A DNA stretch of 64,000 nucleotides from Octopus vulgaris. Its lineage: Eukaryota. The translations under genes and the position numbers were made by a program. The notes beneath the pieces are model-generated. The model saw only the letters and a list, made by a program, of their open reading frames with translations, did no database searches and was not told where the DNA came from. Position 1 is the stretch's first letter, and the number at the start of each line of letters is the position of its first letter. The stretch lies in assembly GCA_951406725.2 (NCBI GenBank), contig OX597843.1, forward strand, positions 6,510,001 through 6,574,000. Direction: 5' to 3'. This document shows positions 50,633 to 64,000 of this stretch, piece after piece.

Positions 50633-51383
50633 ATAATATATATATATATATATATAGATAGATAGATAGATATCTGTTTCTTTCTAGTTTCTGTCTTTAG
50701 ACCATGGCCATGCTGGGGCACCGCTTTGAAGAATTTAAGTCAAACGAATTGACCTCAGATCTCTATCCCCCCCCACCCCTTCTGTAAAACATGGCATTTA
50801 TTCTATCGGTCTCTTTTGTCAAGCTGCTAAGAATTAAAGGGATATAAACACACCAACACCAGTTGCCAACTGGTGATGGGAGGGACAAACACAGACACAG
50901 ATTATATATATATATATACAAACGTATATAAATATATATATATATATACAAATGTATATAAATATATATATATATATACAAATGTATATAAATATGTTCT
51001 TTTACACATTTCAGTCATCTGACTGCGACCATGCTGGAGCACTGCCTTAAAGGGTTTTTTTAGTCAAAGAAATCGACCTCAGGACTTATTTTATATATCA
51101 TGTACATGACAGGCTTCTTTCAGTTTCCACCTACCAAATCCACTCTCAAGGCTTCACTACTACTACTACTAATACTACTACTACTACAGAAACTATCACC
51201 ACCACTGCTATAGCCAACACAGCAACTTTCACTACCATCACCAACACTACAACTGCGACTATCATCACATCACCACCATGACTACAGCCAACACAGCAAC
51301 TATCACCCACACACACACCTTTACAGAGCTGTAAATGTGAACATTATTATCAATTGACTTGGTACAGAGAGAGAAAGAGAGAA

Positions 51384-51414
<31 letters not shown>

Positions 51415-52189
51415 TAGAGAGGGAGAGATAGTTAACAGATGTTACACACACACACACAAACATACACATTACTATCTTCATCACCATTGATAGCAAGGTG
51501 CCCCCATCACCACCACCACCACCGGCTGTTGCCAAACACGCCAACACTGGCTTCTGTTATCACCACCACCACCATCTTTAATAATGCTGTTACCACTCCA
51601 CCCACCACTGCTTGCATCGCTACCACCACCACCACCACCACCACCGCCACTACCAAAAATAGCACAGCCAACCATCTCCAGCACCATTGCTTTTATAGTC
51701 ATCGCCACCACCACCACCACCATCAGCAGTGCAAATACCATACCCACCACCACTGCTTGCATGGTTGCCACCACCATCGCAAGTAGCAGAGGCCACCACC
51801 ACCACCTCCACCATCACAAATAGTACAAACACCATCTCCACCATCATCACAAACAGTACAGCTCACATTTCTAGGACAAAGCAAGTTACTACCACTTACT
51901 ACTACTACTACTACTACTACTATTACTACTACTACTACTACTACTACGACTCATGAACCAATAGAAGAGAGGAGAAGAGGGGGTGGGGGAAAGGCATGGG
52001 CGGAGAGGGGGTTTGTAGTCCACATTGATAAATCTTCAGAGCTTCAAAAAACTAACACAACAATCACGGATGATGTGGCCATGAGATATACTAAAAATAG
52101 CAGCCAAACTTCCTATGAATCACACAGCCGTCTGCGTCTTAATTGAAGGACACGCTGGGTAAATGTGATTCTCGGTTTCTCTCTTTTAC

Positions 52190-52427
52190 TCTTTTACTCG
52201 TTTCAGTCATTTGACTGCGGCCATGCTGGAGCACCGCCATTTTTAGTCGAGCAAATCAACCCCAGGACCTATTATTTGTAAGCCTAGTACTTATTTCTAT
52301 CTGTCACTTTTGCCGAACCGCTAAGTTACAGGGACGTAAACACACCACCATCGGTTGTCAAGCGATGTTGGTGGGGGGGGACAAACACAGACACACAAAC
52401 ATATACACACACATACATACATACATA

Positions 52428-52474
<47 letters not shown>

Positions 52475-52632
52475 GACGGGCTTCTTTCAGTTTCCATCTA
52501 CCAAATCCACTCACAAGGCTTTGGTCTGCCCGAGGCTATAGTAGAAGACACTTGCCCAAGGTACCACACAGTGGGACTGAACCCTGAACCATGTGGTTGG
52601 TAAGCAAGCTACTTACCACACAGCCACTCTTA
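52190..52632 (-). mobile_element. SINE family A, full length
   Basis: Reverse complement of the consensus. Confidence 0.85.
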
Positions 52633-53534
52633 CGCTGTTATTTTAAAATTTCACAGAAACAAGAATTGTATCAACATGTAAGAAGATCTTATTCTCTCTC
52701 TCTGGGTAAGACACGAATCTAAGACACCAGCAACTAGCTTCTTGCTCTCCACACGAATGATCTCATACATAAGTATTTCTCAACCACACCTGTCAGGTAT
52801 GAATCAAGGTAACTTACAAAACAAAGATTTAACAAGACTGTAATACAAAGTCAATCTCTCTCTCTCTCTAAGTAAAACACATGTCTATAACAACAGCAAA
52901 AAGTTGCCTCCCCCATTCTTTAGACTCCAGTGATGATCTGGTCCCCCCCCCCGTTTCCAACTTCATCACAGACAGGTGTTAATCAAATTAATGAAGGTAA
53001 CATAAAAATTAATGACCTTGATGATGAGACACTGTAACATGATATATATGTCTCTCTTGCTTCTCATTCTCTCTGGTTTAGGCATCGGTCTATCGCCCCA
53101 TTCCCAAGCTCTCCAGAGATGATCTGGTACCTGTTAACGGCAACAGACCATTGTTGTTATTATCATTAAGGTAGTGAGATGGCAGAATCATTAGCATACC
53201 AGGTGAGATGCTTTGCAGTATTTTGTCTGCCCTTACGTTCTGAGTTCAAATTCTGCAGAGGTCGATACTACTTTCATCCTTTTGGGGTTAATAAATTAAG
53301 TACCAGTGAAACACTGGGGTTGATGTAATCAACTGGTCCCTTCCCCCAAAATTTCAGGGCCTTGTGCCTTCACCAGGAAGGATTATTATTATTATTATTA
53401 AGGCAGTGAGCACACCAGGCAATATGCTCCGTGGTATTTCAGCCATCTATACATTGTGTTCAAATTCCACTGAGGGCAACTTTGCCCTTTCAGAGTTGAT
53501 ATATTAAGTACCAGTTATTATTATCATTTTCCTC

Positions 53535-54175
53535 AGGCGTAGGAGTGGCTGTGTGGTAAGTAGCTTGTTTACCAACCACATGGTTCCAGGTTCAGTCCCA
53601 CTGCGTGGCACCTTGGGCAAGTGTCTTCTACTATAGCTTCAGGCCGACCAATGCCTTGTGAGTGGATTTGGTAGACGGAAACTGAAAGCCCGTCGTATAT
53701 ATATATATATATATATAGGTGGCACGTAAAATGCACCAATCCGACCGTGGCCGTTGCCAGCCTCGCCTGGCACCTGTGCGGGTGGCACGTAAAAAGCACT
53801 CACTACACTCACGGAGTGGTTGGCGTTAGGAAGGGAATCCAGCTGTAGAAACACTGCCAAATAAGACTGGAGCCTGGTGCAGCCTTCTGGCTTCCCAGAT
53901 CCCTGGTCGAACTGTTCAACCCATGCTACCATGGAGAACGGACGTTAAACGATGATGATGATGTGTGTGTGTGTGTTTGTGTGTCTGTGTTTGTCCCCCT
54001 AGCATTGCTTGACAACCGATGCTGGTGTGTTTACATCCCCGTCACTTAACGGTTTGGCAAAAGAGACCGATAGAATAAGTACTGGGCTTACAAAAGAATA
54101 AGTCCCGGGGTCGAGTTGCTCAATTAAAGGTCATGCTCCAGCATGGCCGCAGTCAAATGACTGAAACAAGTAAAA
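53535..54175 (+). mobile_element. SINE family A interrupted by a family C element (53717-53962) in its internal TA/TG tract
   Basis: A head 53535-53696, insert, then A tail 53975-54175. Confidence 0.85.
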
Positions 54176-54324
54176 AAAAAAAAAAAGACCATCTTCTTTC
54201 AATTCTGTTTCCATTTCTTGCTGAGTGTCTTCCTGACACCTAGGGCAGAGAAATCAGGGCTTTTGAGCAGAATATTTGCTGCAGCCCATCTTTTATACCT
54301 TATTATTATTATTATTATTATTAT

Positions 54325-54885
54325 TGAGTGACAGAGCAGTTCATGCCATCGAAGTGACACTGGGGTACAAATATACGAAACCCAGTATACCCATCATGAC
54401 TACCTGTCTGATAAGGGTACACTAGGCACATGCATCACAACCATATGTGCGCATCATGGTGATCTCATATCAAGATAAACAGCACATGACCTTGCAGGTG
54501 GGGCCCAGTTAGAATTTTCTTCTGGTCAGGTAGCCCATTCCGCTCAAAAGGTCCCTGAATAAGGGTTGTTTAAGGATGTTGAAAGAACCACCCATGTTTC
54601 CAAGGGTGAATTATCCAAACCCCAAAGAATCCCTCTCAACACATGGCTATGATGCTCCCCCACTACTTCTGTTCGTGGTCAGAGATGCACATATCGTCAG
54701 CCACTATGGGACATGCTCAACTGGTTAAGGTCAAACAACTGACAAGCAAATCTGTGGTATTGAGCAGAATATTTGCTGTAAAACCCATCTTTTATACCAA
54801 GACAAAACAATGTACATGATAACACTTGCAATCAGTTAAGATCAGAAGCCATGAGAGCCACTGTTTGGTACTGCATCAGGGCATT
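54325..54885 (-). mobile_element. Repeat family E within (ATT)n
   Basis: Homologous to the copies at 22630 and 43689. Confidence 0.75.
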
Positions 54886-54922
54886 TATTATTATTATTAT
54901 TATTATTATCATTATCATCATT

Positions 54923-54954
<32 letters not shown>

Positions 54955-55393
54955 TATCATCATCATCATCATCATCATCAACATTATTATCATTATCATC
55001 ATCATTATTATTATTATTATTATTATTATCATCATCTCAGTCAGTCTCTCGCAATAACAGCAGCTAGAGTTGTAAACATTACGAAACAAAAGTGGTGTAA
55101 ACAGTAACAGGTTGAGTGGTGGTCATGGTTGTGATGGTATGATGGTATGAAGACAAAGAACAGGACAAATGAAAGACATTTCTATCTCTCTCTCTCTCTC
55201 TCCTTCTCTCTATTTGTCTGTCTGTCTCTCCTTTCCGCTTTTGTTACTGAAGAAAACCGATATGAGAGAATCTACTGAATGAACAGAAGAGCAGCAAAGG
55301 AGGAGGAGAGGACACACAGACAGAAAAAGCCAGAGTATTTGAGTGTAAACACACACACGCACACACACATGCACACACACATGCACACACACA

Positions 55394-55427
<34 letters not shown>

Positions 55428-55928
55428 TCCTGTTTTACCTCAAGAGATGCTTAGGCAAAGAATTCCTCTCGATGGCGTCAATCTAAGTATAAACAGGTGG
55501 GCATGTATGCACTATATACACACACCAGTGCGTTTAAGATGATGTATACGCGTACCACACACACACACACACACACACACACGCAGGTATTGAAGTTAGT
55601 ATGTACATGCACACACATCTTGGTTTCTGTATGTATATATTTAACCTTGTGAGAGTGCACTATACACACACACACATATATATATATATATGTGTGTGTA
55701 TATATGCATAAGTGCATACACACAAATTATTAACACATACCTGAATGTATATACATGCATACACACACATATATATATATTTATGTAATAGCTACCCCAG
55801 TCCCACAAATACTTGACACTAGTTCTACCCGTTTAGTACAAAGGAGATGTGATTCCGATCAACAAAGACATATTTTCTTCACACTTCTCTGCAACGGAGG
55901 ATGGCAAAACCAGAATAGTTTTAGTACA

Positions 55929-55970
<42 letters not shown>

Positions 55971-56044
55971 CATCATGCACACATACACACACACACACAC
56001 ACACCATCAAGCATACATACACTGAAGCTGATGAGAGGTAAGTC

Positions 56045-56470
56045 TTCTCCAGGATAAGACACCAGTCTCTCAGATGTTAACACTCCCCCAGATGATCAGG
56101 TACCTACTCTCTTTCTCTCTCTCTCTCACCACAGGTAGATATAAACTGAGGTCATGTAGAATATAGTGTCACGGAGACACTGTGATGAGAAATAAATCTC
56201 CCCCTGGATAAGACACCAGTCTCTCAGATGTTAACATTCCCCCAGTTGAATTGCTACCTATTCTCTCCCTCATCACAACCAGGTGTGAACTGAGGGAATG
56301 GAGAATATAGCGTTGTGCCACAGAGACACTGTGATGAGAGATAAATCTCCTCCTGGATAAGATGCTAGTCTATCACAAGTTAACACTCTGCCAGATGATC
56401 TGGTACCCTTTCTCTCCCTCATCACAGCCAGGGGGTAAACTGAATATAGTGCGATGTCACAGAGAGAGAC
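56045..56470. repeat. Diverged tandem repeat, reverse complement of the 21001-21520 family
   Basis: ggataagacaccagtctctcagatgttaaca recurs at ~56052, ~56206 and ~56355. Confidence 0.7.
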
Positions 56471-56934
56471 ACAGAATATGGGTGCAAAGATAATATAATG
56501 ACAAAGATGGACTCAGGTGGGTTTGAAACCAAAACTTTTCAACTGATAAGTCTACTTCTTATAACCTTTAGGTCATTCGTTTCACATACATGGGGGGGGG
56601 TGGAGGAGTGGAGAGAAAGAGAGTATGTGTGAGTGTAAGTGAGTGTATGTGTGTGTGTGTGCGTGTGACTGTGAGATTGAGTGTATGAGAGTGTGTGTGA
56701 GTATGTGAGTGTGTATGAGTATGCATGAGTGTGTATGAATATGCAAGAGTGTGTGTGTGTATGCAAGAGTGTGTGTATGCAAGAGTGTGTGTGTGTATGC
56801 AAGAGTGTGTGTGTGTATGCAAGAGTGTGTGTATGCAAGAGTGTGTGTGTGTATGCAAGAGTGTGTGTATGCGTGTGAGTGTGTGTGTGTATATGCAGAG
56901 TATGTGTGTATGCGTGTGTGTGTGTATGTGTGTC

Positions 56935-56965
<31 letters not shown>

Positions 56966-57523
56966 GATTGAGTGTATGAGAGTGTGAGTGTGTGTGTGTA
57001 TGTGAGAGTGTGTGTGAGTATGCAAGTGTGTGTGAGTATGTGTAAGTGTGTGTGTATGTGTATGCATGAGTGTGAGTGTATGCATGATTGTGTGTGTAAG
57101 CGGAGTGTGTGTTTATGCAGAGTGTGTGTATGTGTCTGAGTGAGTGAGAGTGTGTGTGTGTGTGTGTGTCTGCTTGTTAGCTACCTAAGTATGGGTGAGA
57201 GTATGTGTGCCGTCAGAATGTGAATGCGTGTATGTGTATGCAGATGTTGATAAATATTTAAGTATACGTGGGAGAGCTTTGTGTGTGTGTGTGTGTGTGA
57301 GTGTACACACACACACACACACAAACAGATGGATACTTGTTTATATATGACGTAATATATGTAAAGGAGAAAACATACACACACACGGACATTCATATAT
57401 AATGTAATATAAGTGAAGACATATAAACATATACACACATGGGCGGTGGTATCTATGCATATACATACTTATATATAAAAACGTGCACATACCAACATTC
57501 ATGGGTGTTGGTATGTGTGCATG

Positions 57524-57559
<36 letters not shown>

Positions 57560-57652
57560 AAGAGGGTAGAAAAAGATGTATAAATAGGTAGACAATGAGA
57601 ATATGAGGTGAAAGACAAGTTACACACACACATGTATGTATATATAGATATG

Positions 57653-57684
<32 letters not shown>

Positions 57685-57727
57685 GTGTATATATATATAT
57701 GTGTATGTATGTATGTATGTATGTATG

Positions 57728-57772
<45 letters not shown>

Positions 57773-57837
57773 ATATATATATATATATGTTTGTGTGTAT
57801 ATATATATATATATATATTTGTGTATATATATATATA

Positions 57838-57888
<51 letters not shown>

Positions 57889-57911
57889 GCATATATATAT
57901 ATGTATATATA

Positions 57912-57944
<33 letters not shown>

Positions 57945-58767
57945 CACAGGGATGGTGGGAGAGAGGGAGAGATGAGAAAGTAAGAATAGAGGAGGAAGAA
58001 GAGGAAAAGAGCAGTTCAGAGAAAACAAAGAACGCAATTGCCAGCCCAGACAACTCAAGAGATAAACATCGTCACCATCATCATCATCATCATCATCAGT
58101 AAGAGTGTTGGCAATGTTTAGAGGTGGTAGTCACATAGTTTGGAGAGGTTCATTGGTTTGGTGTAATGTCTGGATTTAGAGTGTTGGGGGGGGGGAGCCT
58201 GAACATCGTTGCATGGCAACCACACCAACCACCAACCACCAGCTTCAACAACTTTGGAGTGTATCTCTTATATAAAATCCGTTCTGTGTGTCTGTGTGTC
58301 TTCTAGGATCTCGGGCATCCTCCATCTGATTTTTTCTCCTGTACATGTTTCAGTCATTAGACTGCAGCCATGCTGGAGCAACACCTTGAACGATTTCTAC
58401 TCAAATGAATTCACCCCCCAATACACCCACTACACTCATGGAGTGGTTGGCGTTAGGAAGGGCATCCAGCTGTAGAAACACTGCCAGATCAGACTGGAGC
58501 CTGGTGCAGCCTCCTGGCTTCCCAGATCCCCGGTCGAACCGTCCAACTCATGCCAGCATGGAAAACGGACGTTAAACCATGATGATGATGTATGTATGTA
58601 TGTATGTATGTATGGTAGGGTGCTGAAAGGTTCCTGGCTTTGATTAAAAGAAAATACAAAAGAAGCAATTAGGATTTTATTGAACATATTCCCCTCACCC
58701 ACCCATCCCAGATTTACACACTTATTGCCATACTGTGTTTAAAAACACAAAACTATCTCCATTTAAT

Positions 58768-60530
58768 TAATGTAGTCCTAGATACACAATGCCTGAATAA
58801 AAAACAGGGATGGTCACAGCTGGAACATCTTTGATCATAGGTCTGCTGGATCAGGACTGACCTGGGGCTCAACATCAAGGAAGGACACGTTAGATAATGT
58901 AGTCCTAGGTACACTATGTCTGAATAAAAGACAGGATGGTCACAGTTGGAACATCTTTGATCACAGGTCTACTGGATCAGGACTGACCTGGGGCTAAACA
59001 ACAATCAAGGAAGGACACATGTTAGATAATGTAGTCCTAGGTACACTATGTCTGAATAAAAGACAGGATGGTCACAGCTGGAGCATCTTTGATCATAGGT
59101 CTGCTGGATCAGGACTGACCTCGGGCTAAACAACAACAAGGAAGGACACATTAGATAATGTAGTCCTAGATACACTATGTCTGAATAAAAGACAGGATGG
59201 TCACAGTTGGAACATCTTTGATCACAGGTCTACTGGATCAGGACTGACCTGGGGCTCAACATCAAGGAAGGACACGTTAAATAATGTAGTCCTAGGTACA
59301 CTATGTCTGAATAAAAGACAGGATGGTCACAGCTGGAACATCTTTGATCATAGGTCTGCTGGATCAGGACTGACCTGGGGCTAAACAACAACAAGGGAGG
59401 ACACATTAGATAATGTAGTCCTAGATACACTATGCCTGAATAAAAGACAGGATGGTCACAGCTGGAACATCTTTGATCATAGGTCTGCTGGATCAGGACT
59501 GACCTGGGGCTAAAACAACAAGGAAGGACACATTAGATAATGTAGTCCTAGATACACTATGCCTGAATAAAAGACGGGATGGTCACAGCTGGAACATCTT
59601 TGATCATAGGTCTGCTGGATCAGGACTGACCTAGGGTTAAACAACAAGGAAGGACACATTAGATAATGTAGTCCTAGATACACTATGCCAGAATAAAAGA
59701 CAGGATGGTCACAGCTGGAACATCCTTGATCATGGGCCTGTTGAATCAGGGCTGACCTGGGGCTAAACAAAGAAAGAAAGGACACATTAGATAATGTAGT
59801 CCTAGATACACTATGCCAGATTAAAAGACAGGATGGTCACAGCTGGAACATCCTTGATCATGGGCCTGTTGAATCGGGGGTGACCTGGGGCTAAACAAAG
59901 AAAGAAAGACACATTAGATAATGTAGTCCTAGATACACTATGCCAGATAAAAGACAGGATGGTCACAGCTGGAACATCCTTGATCATGGGCCTGTTGAAT
60001 CAGGGGTGACCTGGGGCTAAACAAAGAAAGAAAGACACATTAGATAATGTAGTCCTAGATACACTATGCCAGATTAAAAGACAGGATGGTCACAGCTGGA
60101 ACATCCTTGATCATGGGCCTGTTGAATCGGGGGCTGACCTGGGGCTAAACAAAGAAAGAAAGGACACATTAGATAATGTAGTCCTAGATACACTATGCCA
60201 GATTAAAAGACAGGATGGTCACAGCTGGAACATCCTTGATCATGGGCCTGTTGAATCGGGGGTGACCTGGGGCTAAACAAAGAAAGAAAGACACATTAGA
60301 TAATGTAGTCCTAGATACACTATGCCAGATTAAAAGACAGGATGGTCACAGCTGGAACATCCTTGATCATGGGCCTGTTGAATCGGGGGTGACCTGGGGC
60401 TAAACAAAGAAAGAAAGACACATTAGATAATGTAGTCCTAGATACACTATGCCTGAATAAAAGACAGGATGGTCACAGCTGGAACATCTTTGATCACAGG
60501 TCTGTCAAACCAAACCTAATCTGGGGGTAG
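58768..60530 (+). repeat. ~127-bp satellite array, ~14 units in two sequence variants
   Basis: Unit starts include 59151, 59277, 59406, 59533, 59659, 59787, 59914, 60040, 60169, 60296 and 60423 (spacing 126-129 bp). Confidence 0.95.
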
Positions 60531-60867
60531 AACCCTGATATAATAATAATAATAATAATTCACCACAATCCACGTCACACACAATGGTTGACAGTCACCA
60601 TCAATCAAATGACACGAAAGCCTACATAATGTCCTTTACGGTTTCTGGTTCGCAAATTCATTAACCTACTTCTAACGAGCTATTTATGGTGGAATGAAAA
60701 CAGTCGGCTGCTGCTGCTGCTGCTGCTGCTTCCAAAGAGCACCTGAGACAGAGATAGGGTGGCATCTCACCTTTGCCCACAAACACAGAGGTCTTATTGT
60801 TTTACTCACCGTAAAAACATTTGATAGCTTCAGTGGCTGTTGGTTTTGTTTTTTGTAGGAAGAAAAG

Positions 60868-61762
60868 GCTTGGCTGTGTGGTAAGAAGCTTGCTCACCAA
60901 CCACATGGTTCTGGGTTCAGTCCCACTGTGTGGCACTTTGGACAAGCATCTTCTAGCATAGCGTCAGGCTGACCAAAGTCTTGTGAGTAGATTTGGTAGA
61001 CGGAAACTGAAAGAAGCCCCTTGTACATATACACACGCATGCACATGTGTGTGTGCGGGCATGTCTCTGTGGTAAGAAGCTTGCGGTAAGCTGGCAGAAA
61101 TGTTAGCACGCCAGTCGAAATGCTTAGTGGCATTTCGTCTGTCGTTACGTTCCGAGTTCAAATTCCGCCAAGGTCGACTTTGCCTTTCATCCTTTCGGGG
61201 TCGATTAAATAAGTACCAGTTACGCACTGGGGTCGATATAATCGACTTAACATGTTTGTCTGTCTCCTCTGTGTGTAGCCCCTTGTGGGCAGTAAAAAAA
61301 ATTTTTAAATAAGAATCTTGCTTCTCAATCACATGGTTCTGGGTTCAGTCCCACTGCGTGGCACCTTGGACAAGCGTCTTCTACTATAGCCTCAGGCTGA
61401 CCAAAGCCTTGAGAGTGATTTAGTAGACGGAAACTGAAAGAAGCCAGTCGTGTCAGGTGCAGGCATAGCTATGTGGTAAAAAGCTTGCTTACCAACCACA
61501 TGGTTCCGGGTTCATTCCCACTGTGTGGCACCTTGAGCAAGTATCTTCTACTGTAGCCTCAGGCTGACCAAATCCTTGTGAGTGGATTTGGTAGACGGAA
61601 ACTGAAAGAAGCCAATCGTGTCAGGTGCAGGCATAGCTATGTGGTAAGAAGCTTGTTTACGAACCACATGGTCCCAGGTTCATTCCCACTGCGTGGCACC
61701 TTGGGCAAAGCGTCTTCTACTGTAGCCTCAGGCCAGCCAAATCCTTGTGAGTGGATTTGGTG
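60868..61762 (+). mobile_element. Tandem array of SINE family A heads with an inserted family B copy (61085-61298)
   Basis: Heads are joined by gaagcca(g/a)tcgtgtcaggtgcaggcatagctatgtgg; one head is split by the B element. Confidence 0.8.
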
Positions 61763-61765
61763 GTG

Positions 61766-62705
61766 GAAGCACTCCGTCGGTTACGACGATGAGGGTTCCA
61801 GTTGATCTGATCAACGGAACAGCCTGCTCGTGAAATTAACGTGTAAGTGGCTGAGCACTCCATAGACACGTGCACCCTTAACGTAGTTCTCGGGGATATT
61901 CAGCGTGACACAGAGAGTGACAAGGCCGGCCCTTTGAAATACAGGTACAACAGAAACAGGAAGTAAGAGTGAGAGAAAGTTGTGGTGAAAGAGTACAGCA
62001 GGGATCACCACCATCCCCTGCTGGAGCCTCGTGGAGCTTTAGGTGTTTTCGCTCAATAAACACTCACAACGCCCGGTCTGGGAATCGAAACTGCGATCCT
62101 ATGACTGCGAGTCCGCTGCCCTAACCACTGGGCCATTGCGCCTCCAAAGTGGATTTGGTAGACAGAAACTGAAAGAAGCCAGTCGTGTTAGGTGCAGGTA
62201 TAGCTATGTGGTAAGAAGCTTGTTTCCTAAACACGACTGTGGAAAATTCTACGGCAAACAAGACGTTCTCCCAACAGGGATATTCTTGCAGCTAGGGACC
62301 ACTTGCGGCTGGGGACCGATAGGGAACTTCCTATTCCCAAGATCCTTCAAACATCCCTCATGTAATAGATAATAATTGTTGATTCCCAGACCGGGCGTTG
62401 TGAGTGTTTATTGAGCGAAAACACCTAAAAGCTCCACGAGGGTCCGGCAGGGGATGGTGGTGATCCCTGCTGTACTCTTTCACCACAACTTTCTCCCACT
62501 CTTACTTCCTGTTTCTGTTGTACCTGTATTTCAAAGGGCCGGCCTTGTCACTCTCTGTGTCACGCTGAATATCCCCAAGAACTACGTTAAGGGTACACGT
62601 GTCTGTGGAGTGCTCAGCCACTAACACGTTAATTTCACGAGCAGGCTGTTCCGTTGATTCGGATCAACCGGAACCCTCGTCGTCGTAACCAACGGAGTGC
62701 TTCCA
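61766..62705. mobile_element. Divergent inverted pair of SINE family D: - copy 61766-62145, + copy 62380-62705
   Basis: ~320-bp near-identical arms, e.g. ggaagcactccgtcggttacgacg versus cgtcgtaaccaacggagtgcttcc. Confidence 0.85.
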
Positions 62706-63489
62706 TGACCAATAATTGTCGTCTATTACTTTCCTTGGAAACAGGTGAGGATTGGTGACAGGAAGAGCATCTGGCTGGGGGGAAATTTCATCTCAACAAA
62801 TATCTGTTGGACCGACTGACCGATGCAAGCCTGGGAAAGTGGACATTGAGCGATGATGATGATGATGTGCTTGTGGTTGAAACGGTTTTGACCATAGATC
62901 TACCAAACCAAGGACTAAATGACCAGGACAGAATGACATCATTAGTGACCAGAAGAGTGGGGGAGGGGAGGAAAAAGATTACATAATCAGGCAGGAGAGC
63001 TTGAGGACACACAGACATGAGAGGGAAAATTGATGATAACAGCGATGATGATGATGATGTATGTCTGGTTTCAAACAGGTTAAGCACGTTGGTAGTTAAT
63101 AGAGAGACGGAGTGTGAGTGAGGGAGTGAGTGAAGGAATGAGTGAGTGAATGAGTGTAATCGAATGTGAGTGAAAAAGTGAATGAGTGAATGTGTGTGAG
63201 AGAGAGCGAGAGAGAGAATGTGTGTGTGTGTGTGTGTGTGTGTAGCTGACAGGAAATAGCTCAATGAGGTCATTTAATGCACGATTGCTTCCCAGCTATT
63301 TGATCTCTGTTAAACTCAATTGCTAAAGGTACAAGGACGTCCAGCCGAAAAGGTCAAATCAAGAACACACCCCACCAAAAAAAGAAAAGAAAAGAAAAGA
63401 AAAAAAAAACAAGAACCGGGAGTAGGGAGAAAAGCAAACAAGAAGGGACAGAGACATTCTGGACCAATTGCAAAGTGAGAAACCTGTAG

Positions 63490-63657
63490 CGAGTGAGCCA
63501 TTCGTGGTTCCGTCTGCGCAGACCAACCACCTGTGGACCTGAGAGTTTGGAGAGGTCCTCCTTTACCGTCGTTGCCCAGGTCTTCAGCTGCCTGCCCGTG
63601 CATTTGTGCCAACTGGGGAGTGGAAGTGGAAGGAGGACATCGCGAAGCAGCTCACCC
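63490..63657 (-). pseudogene. RTE-like LINE ORF C-terminal fragment
   Basis: Minus-strand translation GELLRDVLLPLPLPSWHKCTGRQLKTWATTVKEDLSKLSGPQVVGLRRRNHEW resembles the W.RR.GGQ.KTW..T.K.DL motif of RTE-type retroelements. Confidence 0.65.
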
Positions 63658-64000
63658 TAACCCTGACCGTCTAGGAGTGTGGTAACTCCAAAAATAAAAA
63701 CTGGTTGAGAGCAAAGGGGACATTTTTATTTTTTGTCCCATCAAAGACATATATACACAGAACCAACAGCCCTATATGCAGCCCACCCAGGAATAAGATA
63801 TATATATATGCAAAACAATTAAGATTCAAATGAATTCCAATGAATTCAAATGAATATGGTACTTAACTTAGATGCCCCAAGATTCTTTATGGTATTAACC
63901 ATAAAATAATGTGGGGTGATTATAACCAAGAAAAAAGTAACAAGAATGGATTAGTAGATTAGTATAAATCCTTATATATATATAAGACTTGTTCTATTTA

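Noticed and set aside
58615-58730. Possible mariner TIR fragment (ggtgctgaaaggttcctggc)
   Set aside because: No matching opposite TIR or coding sequence nearby; too short to support.
58768-60530. CRISPR-like array
   Set aside because: Whole units repeat with no unique spacers, there are no cas genes and the context is eukaryotic; it is a satellite.
60804-60838. 27-nt minus-strand microexon (caacAG ... GTGAGT)
   Set aside because: The donor is good but the acceptor is preceded by an A-rich rather than pyrimidine tract; too weak without reads.

Overview
Eukaryotic, repeat-dominated genomic DNA: dense (TA)n/(CA)n/(GA)n and trinucleotide microsatellites, several tRNA-derived SINE families, LINE and DNA-transposon remnants and a ~127-bp satellite. 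The SINE repertoire and microsatellite density suggest an octopus (coleoid cephalopod) genome; this is an inference. Nearly all ORFs in the supplied track are microsatellite or SINE artefacts. The one credible host coding segment is a 112-nt minus-strand exon (20432-20543, AG|ATG ... |GTAAGT) encoding MATNPKPSGLKTPSKIAKPSGLPHPKSGIPPPAAKRQ, which resembles the N-terminus of CLIP-170/CLIP1. I found no CAP-Gly exon, so the window is probably mostly intron and upstream sequence of that gene. The most notable non-coding signals are: (1) minimal type-I hammerhead ribozyme motifs of the Penelope-element kind at 14492-14547 and 25963-26018, the latter inside a ~100-bp palindrome; (2) a 3'-tail stem-loop with compensatory changes shared by the main SINE and a CR1/L2-like LINE; (3) SINE head/tail module shuffling; (4) a ~2-kb inverted duplication and many inverted SINE pairs that could form dsRNA; (5) a tandem trimer of TTAA-flanked piggyBac-like MITEs. 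Repeat boundaries were read by eye and are approximate, and family names were assigned from memory without a database search.
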